The notes beneath the pieces are model-generated. The model saw only the letters and a program-made list of their open reading frames with translations. It was not told the origin of the DNA and did no database searches. The position numbers and the translations under genes were made by a program. A stretch of 64,000 bases of DNA, from contig NC_042999.1 of assembly GCF_006345805.1 (NCBI RefSeq), forward strand, positions 134,106,001 to 134,170,000. The letters run 5' to 3'. Each line of letters opens with the position of its first letter. Positions within the stretch are counted from its first letter, which is position 1. Origin of the DNA: Octopus sinensis. Its lineage: Eukaryota. Positions 53,204-64,000 of the stretch are shown piece by piece.

Positions 53204-54778
53204 ATATATAATAGTGTACAAACAATTAAGTATTTATACGCAAAAGAGGTTACATTTGACAGGACACTTTACATGCTAATCTATTGACTTATTACGCATG
53301 CTAGCCACCGGTATGAAAATGTTTCTAAATTTTCAACCCTTATTATTTTCACAGTATAACCATGTACATGGTATCTACGTATGTCTTTATGACCTAGTGA
53401 GATTGTTTACCACAAAGTAACACTGAGAGTAGTAGCAACCCATACATGTAAAGAGAATGAATTTTTTAAAGATACGATTTAAATCAATCGGCAAAGAGAA
53501 ACATATTGATGCGTGTTTTTGTCTCGATAGGCGTTTTCAGCACACTAGTCGTTTTACTTTGACAGTAGTTGTTGGGCTTATTAGATATATACAAAGATGT
53601 AAAAACAAATTTATGACCCGATATAATTTACATAATTTATACGAAAATCAGATCAAGGAAATAACTCAAAGTAGCCAGTCGCATGACCAGAATAAATAAA
53701 GAAGGATGTGGGCATGTGTCTGGATGCATATATACATATGTACGTGTGTATAGTAACATAGCGGTCTGAACAGTGAAAATCAATAAAATCAGTGTCAGAA
53801 TGCAATAAATACTAGGATCGTTATCTCCGACTAAATCACAGTATGGCCACAGTACCATAACTCAAACCAGTGAAAGGTAGAAGAATAAACGAATTGTGAA
53901 ATACATTCATCCACAAATTCACCCAAATATATACATACAGAGTTGGAGAGAGAGAGAGAGAGAGAGAGAGATGTAGAGTGAGAGAGAGGGGGGAGAGAAA
54001 GAGAGAGTGAAACAAGCACACATATAGACAGCGACAAACAAAGGAACGATATAGGCGAGATGCGAAATATGTAGACAGGTGCACAAATACACATACATAC
54101 ATACATACATACATACATACATACATACATACATACATACATACATACAAGAGATATTGTAAAAGCAAAAATTTATGACGCCAAGAATATATATATATTT
54201 ATATATATATATGTCTATATACACATATACATACGTTATTATTATTATTATTATGCAAAATCTATTGCTAAATAATTCATTTTCCTAACCCAAACCACAA
54301 CTGAAATAAAATGGTTATAATGAAGAACATTATCTTTCATATATTTCACACATTTATATTTTTATTCCATTTAATATTTTCTCCCCCATTCTTTTACAAC
54401 TCATAAATAACGTAGTAGAATCTAAATTCTGAAGTATATATAGATACACACACGCACACACACACACATATATATATATGGGTGTGTGTATATAATATAT
54501 GGTATATATTACATATGTATATATATGTAATATATATATATAATATATATATATATTATATTATATATATATATATATATATCATAGATTAGCTCAGTCG
54601 ATAGTAAACCCGCAGTAAACATACACACACATCCTTGCGCGTGCGGGCACACACACGTATATACATATATATATGTGTGTGTGTGTGTGGTTGTGTGTGT
54701 TGTGTGTGTGTATAAATATAAATATATTTATACATGTAATGTGGAATATACGTATGCGTGTATATATTATGTGTGTGC

Positions 54779-54821
<43 letters not shown>

Positions 54822-54833
54822 TATATTTGTGTT

Positions 54834-54878
<45 letters not shown>

Positions 54879-55116
54879 GTACATATTTATATATAAATAT
54901 ATACATATGTGTGTGTCTACGTGTGTATGTATGTATGTATGTATCTATCTATGCACGTCTGCCATGCCTCTGTGCTTTTATGTATGTATGTATATATCTA
55001 TGAACTCTCATATATCATAAAATCATTTGTTTGCCTAAAACTTGGTGAGTCTGACGAAAGGGAAAGTATTGGAAGAAGACAAGAAGAAGACGAAAGTCAG
55101 AGAGAGAGAGAGAAAT

Positions 55117-55153
<37 letters not shown>

Positions 55154-55742
55154 AAGAAAGAAAGAAAGAAAGAGAAAGAATGAGACAAAGACAGAAGATG
55201 AGTGAGATGAGAGAAGAGAGGGAGAAGAGGTAGAGAAAGAATAGAGACGAACGGTGTTGCGGATTTTTTTATAGTCGTTTTCTCTTTATCTTTTTTATTA
55301 GTTTCAGCCATTTTGGCTGCGGTCGAGCTGTGGCCACTGCAGTTCACAATATTAATACTTTATTGGAGAATATCGCAAGAAATTAATAAATATAGGAGGG
55401 TCATGTTCAACAAGAACGTTCCTTGGCCCTTGAACCCAAATGTACATGGGTGAGTATAGATGTGAATACGTGTAAGTCTAGATTTGTGCGCATGTGAAAT
55501 GATTGTGTACGCGCACGCGTAGTGGATGTTGTGCTTGTGCGTATGTGTGTGTGTGTGTGTGTTGTGTGTGTGACTTTGTGTCAGGTGACTACAAGTGTGT
55601 GATTGAACTGATTTTCTTAAAGTGTACGAGTCCACGAACGTAGTTGTCTTCTCTCTTTTTTCCCCTCTCTAGTTCTCTCCCACTTCCTTTCTCTCGCTCT
55701 CTCTCTCTCACTCTTTGTATATATATATATATACACATGTAT

Positions 55743-55778
<36 letters not shown>

Positions 55779-55974
55779 GGAATGCGGGAGAGAATGCGAG
55801 GGAGAGCGAGAAAAAGAACAATTTATGTGTGTGACTCACACATATATGCGATTATAGATAGTGACTTGGCGCAGTTGTTAGAGCGATGGTTAGAATGCTT
55901 CGCGTTATTTGTTCCGAAACTCTGTGCCCTGAATATCCTGCAGTCAATATCACCTTCCTATATTTCGGGATCAT

Positions 55975-56161
55975 TTTTTTCTACTTGTTCTCAGTCACTG
56001 GTCTCTGGCTGTGCTGGGGAGGACATCGGCTTGAAGGATTCATGCTTTAGTCTGGTACTTATACTATTGGAATCTTTTACTGAAGCGCTATGTCACGAAT
56101 ACATAAACTAACCAACACCGGTTGTCGAACGGGGGAGGACAAGCACAAACTCAGCATTCTC

Positions 56162-56195
<34 letters not shown>

Positions 56196-56360
56196 CACAC
56201 ACACGCGCGCACACTCACACACAAGGGATTCCCCGTAGGTTTCGTCAAATTCTCTCGCAATGCATTAGACGGTCCGGTGCTATAATAGACGATACTTACC
56301 AAAGTTAATGCACTCTAAAGATGAAGCAGAGGGTGCGTGGTTGCAAAGTGTGCCTAACCA
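55975..56360 (-). mobile_element. Old SINE family A copy
   Basis: Degenerate colinearity (cagtcactgg...caacaccggttgtc...atagacgatacttaccaaag). Confidence 0.55.
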
Positions 56361-57129
56361 CGCAGTCATAAAAAAAATTACAGTCAAAGGTAGTGGGTTT
56401 GTGGAACTGTAAGAACATCTGAACGGATACCTTGCGGTGTTTATCCTGGCACTTTGTGTTCCAGGGTTGAAATTCCATGATAACCTTCTGGAGTGGTACA
56501 CTCAATTCGTCGTCCGGTTTAACGCCACTACTTGTCACTTCAAGAGCCTGTAGCGGAATCCACACTGGCGCAAGAATTCGGATCAGGCATCTAGTTTGAG
56601 GTTATGTTTTTTCTTTCTCTCTCTCTCCAACTAGTCCCCGACCATGGGTATTGTCCTCTTTCTTGACCAAAAAATTAGAAAGAAAACATATACAACCGCA
56701 CATATATACATACAGACAAACAAACACGCACATAATTAAGACACATATTGATATAGAAGTATAGAAAAAGAAACACAGAGAACGTATACGGCATTTATGC
56801 TTTATATAATGTAAGCGTTTCAAAATGGCGACACACATCAATTACGTGAGTTTAAATCTCTAGTTACATAACAAATCCTGATGGCATTCTCCATTAGTAT
56901 CATTGGCAATAATACGGCACAAATAGAGATGCACGCTCTTCTATTCCCCAGTATAAAATTAAGAACAGTTAGGTTACCATAGGTGAATAAAATAGAAGGA
57001 AGAAAGAGCATTAGTGTAAATAAGACATGTGGTAGGGTCGAGAAGGGATGTCCCCTCCCCACCAAGTCGCACTTTCTCTCTCTCACTGTATATATACATA
57101 TGTGTGTATACAACAATAATAATAATATT

Positions 57130-57352
57130 GATTTCAAATTTTGACAAAGGCCAGCAATTTCGGAGGCGGGGATAAGTCAATTACACCGACCCCAGTATTT
57201 CACTGGTACTTATTTTATCTCCCCCGAAAGAATGAAAGGAAAAGTCAAACTCAGCAGAATTTGAACTCAGAACGTAATGACGGACGAAATGTCGCTGAGC
57301 ATTTTATCCGACGTACTAAAGATTCTGCCAGTTCACCGCCTTAGTAATAATA

Positions 57353-57413
<61 letters not shown>

Positions 57414-57628
57414 TTCAAATTTTGGCACAAGGTCAACAATTTCAAGTGAGAGGGTAAATCGATAACATTGGCTCCAGTGTTCAACTGGTACTTATTTTAT
57501 CGATCACCGAAATGATGAAAGGCAAGGTCGGCTCTGGTGGAATTTAAACTCTAAACTCAAAATATGGACAAAATGCCACCAAGCACTTTGTCCCGCGTGC
57601 TAACGATTTCGCCAGCTCGCCGCCTTAA
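57130..57628 (-). mobile_element. Two tandem Meta-domain SINEs separated by (TAA)n
   Basis: 57130-57342 and 57413-57627, each ending gccagttcaccgcc/gccagctcgccgcc. Confidence 0.8.
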
Positions 57629-57690
57629 TAATGATATTAATAATAACATCAGTAACAATAAAATCACAGTATTAATAATAATAATACTTA

Positions 57691-57800
57691 CCCTTTACGC
57701 CCTGACCTCCTGAACTTTATTTTATCATGTACTTGACACTCTACCGGTGTAGAGAAAAATAAGCCACCCACCGGTAAACCGGTGTTACGGGCTCAAAGGG
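57691..57800. mobile_element. piggyBac-like MITE remnant
   Basis: ctta|ccctttacgccc ... gggctcaaaggg|ttaa; left TTAA is imperfect. Confidence 0.5.
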
Positions 57801-58389
57801 TTAATAATAGAATAAAAATAATAAATACAAATTATATAATAGATCCCTTCCAACCCAGATTCTGCCAATTTCGTTCATTTATGTCTTACTCATTGTTCTT
57901 CTGCTTATTAAAGATTATTATCTTTTCTAGAAACATTTTCTCTTAGACAGATAATATCATACTTCTTTGAAATTTCCGAACAGGTGAAACTACAAAGAAT
58001 ATTATGGCGCACATACACTGCCATCATGAAGATCAGTGGAGACATAATAACCTAACTTTAAGACTAAAGTGGGGAACAGTCTAAGATTTTTCACAACACC
58101 AACATATGGAAGCCACCCAACAAAACCCACCAAAGTTACTACTAATACAAAATCTCTGATAATTTCTCGTGGTCATCACACTGCTGTAACATACAAAATT
58201 CATAACAAGGTTACCCGACTATCTTTCTTAGATTGCTAAATATTCCAAACCTGATCTATTGATGTTTTTTTTTTCTTTTGCAAAGCCATGTACTTTGGAG
58301 TACGGTGAACAGATGCTGTTAAAATATATATATAAAAAAATCAAAAACGAAGAACGAAAAAGGTCGTCCGACTTAGCATAATACTTTCT

Positions 58390-58585
58390 ACCATAGACAC
58401 AAAACGTGAAATTTTGGCGGAGGGGGCAAGTCGATTACATCGACCCCAGTACTCAAGTGGTACTTAATTGAGCGAACCCGAAAAGAAAAAAAAGTCAAAG
58501 TCGGAGGAATTTAAACTAAGGCGAACGAAATGCATCTAAGCATTTTCTTCGACGCGCGAACGATTCTACACTAGCTCGCACCTAA
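58390..58585 (-). mobile_element. Meta-domain SINE, degraded
   Basis: aagtcgattacatcgaccccagtactc...ggaatttaaact...cgattcta. Confidence 0.65.
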
Positions 58586-59068
58586 CATGACACCGCACAG
58601 TGAAATAGGGATCTGATGAATAAGCAAAAACTCACTCAATTTTCCCTCTTTTTTTTTTTTTCTTTTTTTTTTTTTTTGCTTTCGAAGGGCTTTTTTGGTT
58701 AATTAATCAAGATACACTCACGAAAGTAATCTCACCATTAACCAGTTATCACACTCATTCTCTGCAGCTGACACAAAGTTTCTGGTTGTTTTGAAATACA
58801 TCGCAAACCAAATCGATTCATACATTTCTGCTATCCATCGAAACTCCAAATTACGAACTGTTCCTACAAGCCATGAGCGCTGTTTTTCATCTTCGATTAA
58901 ATAATTATAATTTCCAAATAGATTTTCTGCGTAACCATTAATCTCTTAGATTCATTTACATTCCAGCACCTTAACAGCTGCTAAGATAAGAAATTCTATG
59001 ATAACTCTAAAGCATGAACCTCCAAATATCTTACTGACAGCTTACGTATGCAGACGTGCGTGCGTGCC

Positions 59069-59101
<33 letters not shown>

Positions 59102-59737
59102 GTGTGTGTGTGCGCATGCGCCTGAGTGTTCGAATTTAAAATTTCATTTTCATTCTTCGAATATCATATAAGTGAAAATAAAAAGAAAAAGAGAAAAAAA
59201 TGCATGTGCGCGTATAAAAATACGTATGTGAGTGTACGAGTCTATGTGTCAGTGCGTGTATGTGTGTTTGTGTGTGCATATATCTAAAACTATGTCATTT
59301 GATGATATTTTTTTTTCTCTTTACAGCACTATGTGAACATATATTTTATATCTGTCTATATAATCTGTCCGAGTTTTATTTCCTACATTCACATAATTGT
59401 AGTGAAGACTTGTCAAATACTACAAACCACTGTCAAATGCTTGGATCAAAGAATACAAAAAAAAAAAAAACCCACATAACAAAGAAAAGAAAAATGAGCT
59501 TTCGGTACCATATTGCCGTAAGAAATGGTCTTGGTAAGAAGCTTTTGGGTTCAGCATTTCAAAGAATATTGATTGGCGTTAGAGTGGCAGTCGAAAGAAA
59601 TTCCACGCGGAATCCAACCTCGGCGTTTGGTTTCTATGTTCTGGTATTCTAAGATTTTAGCTACCTTTTTCCAAACATTCATACATATATTCTGACTCTC
59701 TCCTTACGCTCTTTCTGTCTCTAAGTCAAAATGATTA

Positions 59738-59739
59738 TA

Positions 59740-59829
<90 letters not shown>

Positions 59830-59830
59830 C
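59738..59830. repeat. (TATC)n microsatellite
   Basis: Direct inspection. Confidence 0.95.
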
Positions 59831-59876
59831 CTTGCAATTAATCTATCTGTTTTTTCTCTTTCTCTCTTTCTCTCTC

Positions 59877-59910
<34 letters not shown>

Positions 59911-60069
59911 CATTTATATATTCATAGATATATAGGCATATATACATTCACACATGAATGTATATATGCATGTATGCATACATAAAGTCACATACACATA
60001 TAAGTGTGTGTGGTGTGTGTGTGTGTGTGTGAATATTTACACACACACACGCACACACACACACACGCA

Positions 60070-60152
<83 letters not shown>

Positions 60153-60219
60153 CATATACATATATATACACAGATAGACATTTACACATTAATTCATGCA
60201 TGCACACATATTTTTGTCT

Positions 60220-60420
60220 TTTATTTGTTTCAGTCATTAGACTGCGGCCGTGATGGGGCACCGCCTTAAAGAATTCTAGTCGAACTAATTGATCTCCTTA
60301 CTTACTTTCGTTAAGCTGGGTACTTAGTCAATCGGATCCTTTAACCGAACCGCTAAGTTATTGGGGGGGGGGCTAAAAGACGAACATAGTTTGTCAAACA
60401 GTGGTGTGGGACAAGCACAA
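60220..60420 (-). mobile_element. SINE family A 3' half
   Basis: gtttcagtcattagactgcggccgtgatggggcaccgcc...gaaccgctaagtta. Confidence 0.8.
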
Positions 60421-61408
60421 AGATGTGCGTGCACGCGCGCGCACACACTCACACACACGCACACAACAAATTTATGTATTGAGCGAGAAGGTAAAAGTAT
60501 GACTAATATATATATAAAGATAGATAGAGAGATAGATTTGATACTGTGAGAGATACAGAGAAAAATGTGTACATCTGTGCGCATGCGTGTTGGTATGTAT
60601 ATATAAAAGACAAATAAATAATTTGCGAAAGACAGTCAGTCAGTCAGCCAGACAGACAGACAGACAGACAGACGGATCGATCCCTCTTATATGTCATCCA
60701 AACAACATATTGAACATTGAGCTCTTGAAAAACACGACCAAATATGATCTCTGTCCATTTCATTACATATTGTTTGTCTGACAATCTAGTGACATATAAA
60801 TGTTATTAAACATATGACGTCTCCTGATCTATAGACAAACAGAAACGGAGAAAGGGAAAATAAACGATGATGTGAGCGCTGGAGAAAAAAACTGTGTCCG
60901 CCATGTTAATATGTTCAGTCCAATAGAACACTTCCATCTGTCATCAATTGTTTAACTGTCTCTGTTTGTTTGTTTACTTGGTGTTAGACTTTTCTTTTTG
61001 TTTACTTGTGTTTGTTGTTTCTTTTTATTTCGTCAAAATTGTTACTGCTTGTTTGTATTTATTTCTTTAATATATTGTTTTTTACGTGTTCTTTTTTTTT
61101 CTTTCATAGTGATGTCGATATTGTGTGACAGGAATGTGTTACTCGTTCCCAGGCAGATGTGAACTGTTTTCCAGTGGTACATTACTCAGATGTTTGTGGC
61201 AAGTACTATACTGGAAACGAGTCGAAGATTTTAGTGCCTACCTCAACGGCATGCGTGGCACTCAATAGAGGACGTGAAGTGCAGCGGAAGGCTGATAACA
61301 GCAGCTGAGATGTGGGTTGGTAGTAATTGGTAGTGGAGGGGCGAATCGCCTCGACTGAATTGTCAAACATTCGAACTTTATGTGTGTATACGAAAGCGAG
61401 AAAATGCA

Positions 61409-61443
<35 letters not shown>

Positions 61444-61491
61444 ATGAGTGTGTGAGTGAGTGAGTGTGTGTGTGTGTGTGTGTGTGAGTGA

Positions 61492-61560
<69 letters not shown>

Positions 61561-61589
61561 TGGTTGTGTGCGTATGTGTGTGTGTGCCA

Positions 61590-62340
61590 GATTTGTTCGC
61601 CGATATCTTAGCCGAGGTCGCAGAACGAGAGATTTCTCAACTGTTTGAGATAGATGGTAGTTACGCAGCCGAATAAGAACACAGGAACATTATTGATAAT
61701 TTCTAAGCCCCTAAATCTGTTGAATGCAATGTAATACGTTTTGTATCAAGGCACTAGCAAAGAGATTAGTTCTCATCCGCTGTGTGGTCGGGAAGGTCAA
61801 GGTCAGTGAAATTCTGGACAAATCTGCGAACCACAACCTCTTTTTCATTCAACATAGTGTAGACAGAGAGGGTAACAAACTTAACTTCGAGGGTGAAGTA
61901 ACCAATTTACATCAAATGAAAGCTTTCCATGGAGATGACCATCCCTACTTAGCGACTGGTATTTGATCGGTGGTCAAACTAAATCTCCACCTATCGAAAC
62001 CGCTGCAAGTTACATATATGATCCGTCATGGGTTTTCTCTCTCATCCTTTCTGTATGTAATCTTTCTTGTGCTACTCCTGCAGAAATTGGAGACTTTGAG
62101 ATGCATCCCGTTTAAACTAGTAAGCGAGAGGGCCCCATTCCGGTATATGCTGATGATGTCGTGGCAATGATATTGTACACGACAGAAATCGATGGATTTG
62201 GGGTATTGTTCTAAAGGGAAGCGAGGCCTTAAGAAGAGCAAAAGTTAACTCGGACGAGTCAGTGAGTTTTCAGCTCGCTACCCAGAAAACTATGTTTATG
62301 TTACCGACTAGGGATATTCAATGCTGGACCGATGGACTTG
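61590..62340 (+). pseudogene. L1/Tx1-clade LINE reverse transcriptase remnant
   Basis: NIIDNF*.PL.LL, KALAKRL, NLHQMKAFHGDDHPYL (D..KAFD.V.H motif), IRHGFSLSSFLYV (RQG.PLS.LY), VYADDV at 62142-62160; frameshifted. Confidence 0.85.
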
Positions 62341-62466
62341 TTAAACTGCTTACGAACAAGATAGTAATGACATCCAGAAATCATTTGAGTGAAAGATAAC
62401 CCTCAATGGTCGAGCAAATTGAGAAGGCGCATATATCATTCCACCTAATCGAGTTGTTGATGTTAT

Positions 62467-62467
<1 letters not shown>

Positions 62468-62520
<53 letters not shown>

Positions 62521-62580
62521 TTCTTCTTCTTCTTCTTCTTCTTCTTCTTTTTCTTCTTCTTCGTTATTTTTATTATTATT
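62468..62580. repeat. (CAT)n(CTT)n tract
   Basis: Direct inspection. Confidence 0.95.
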
Positions 62581-63574
62581 GGTGTTACTCTGTAAACATC
62601 GAACTGTCAAAGAAGGTAAAGAGAAAGCAAACAATAACAACAACAACAAAAATAAGATATATATTTTGTTATTAAAATAGAAAGTACATTAATACAACAC
62701 AATTTACACAGACTAAGAACTGTTCGCTCCTACTTATGTACATATGTATATATATAGATACGAACGCACATCATACATACGTATATACATACATATAAAT
62801 TATATAATATACAAATATATAAATACATGTGCGTGTGTATGCGTGAGTATGTGTATGTGCGTCTATATATATTTACATATACACAAAAGCCATCCACACT
62901 AACTCCCTACATATGTATGCGTGCGTATGTGTCTGTGAGAGAGGAAGACAGAAAGAGAGCGACAACAAGGGAGTGAAAGAAAGAGAGAATGTAAGAGAGT
63001 ATGTGAATGTATGTATGAGAGTATGTATCTCACCCCGCCACTCACCACGAACAACGAAAGATGACAGGCAGGGACAAAAGCTGCTGTCGTTTGGATACAG
63101 AAGTAAAAAATTATAAGTAAATGATACGAGAGTCAAGAAATGTTTTATGGTTTTGAAAACAGTTTATGGCTGATATAAGAGAAGTAGGCAAATTCCTTAG
63201 CCAACAGTTTGACTTCAGCAATAAGCAATCAAACTTCAAGTGTTTCTAAGAAAGCACAGCACAATCTGACGTATACAGTTTAGTGTCATGAGCGCTGCTA
63301 TTTTCTCTCTCTCTGTCATTATAAACTTCTATCTGCATAGAACCTACTTAGCTATGAAAGAAAGAGAAATCTTGAAGTTTGGTGAGCAATGAGATAAAGT
63401 AGATGCTAAAGTTTGGGGGCGTGCAGCAATGCTGTCGGTAGTCTCTTGTTTATCTCACGGCACATACTAGCATATAGAAGGTTTTGTTTTGTTTGCTCGT
63501 TCTTTTTCTTCAAAAGTGGTCCGATGATTCATTCAACAATAATGATCGCTATCGTACTAAAACTCTGTGGCTAT

Positions 63575-63645
63575 AGGTGCAGGCGTGGATGTGTGATAAG
63601 AAGTTAGCTTCCTAACCACATGGTACCAGGTTCAGTCCTACTGCA
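63575..63645 (+). mobile_element. SINE family A head fragment
   Basis: ggtgcaggcgtggatgtgtgataagaag...aaccacatggtaccaggttcagtcctactgc. Confidence 0.75.
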
Positions 63646-64000
63646 TGGCAAAACCCTATGAGCAGTGGAACTGTTTGTTCCCTACCCACTCGACTCCCAC
63701 TGAAGAGCAAACTCTTCCCAAACTTTCTGCTTTGCAAACAAAGAACAACGACTCAAATTCCTCTTTCGATCAGATTTATCCATCTCAGAACGATTCCTTA
63801 AGGAATAACTTGGAGAAGGAAGATCAGATCGAAAGATGGCAAATAGTTTCTGAAGGGGCAAAGGGAAAAAGGAAGAGGGTATAGAGCCACTTCCGAAAAC
63901 TCCACAAAAACAACTACAAACACAAAATCCTCATCTTCAACTCATTACAAAATCACTCTAACAATAGCATAGCGTCGGACACCAAAGTGGAGATGGTCGG

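Noticed and set aside
55045-55070. CTGACGAaaggGAAA
   Set aside because: No stem II or stem I pairing
63645-64000. 79-aa ORF at the window end
   Set aside because: Starts inside a SINE head; no recognisable domain; possibly a LINE ORF1 fragment but unsupported

Overview
AT-rich, microsatellite-dense eukaryotic DNA, intronic or intergenic. The SINE families and repeat landscape look like a coleoid cephalopod (Octopus-type); this is inferred from sequence recognition, not from a search. I found no credible host protein-coding exon, and nearly all ORFs in the track are microsatellite translations. The window is a mosaic of tRNA-derived SINEs (CORE-, Meta- and V-domain types), decayed LINE reverse transcriptases (RTE, CR1, Tx1/L1), Penelope-like (GIY-YIG) remnants, three non-autonomous Helitrons, a mariner fragment, small MITEs and a 780-bp foldback element carrying telomeric TTAGGG repeats. 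The most notable signal is a dispersed set of at least eight hammerhead-ribozyme (HHR) motifs from several families, nearly all on short elements that end at (TA)n tracts. Two have an intact core and a long stem II, and lie 1338 nt apart in a near-perfect tandem duplication (38531-41212). One family carries a U4C core variant, and one filled/empty site pair points to an HHR element inserted into a (TA)n tract. There is a 100-N assembly gap at 52788-52887. Boundaries of degraded repeats are approximate.
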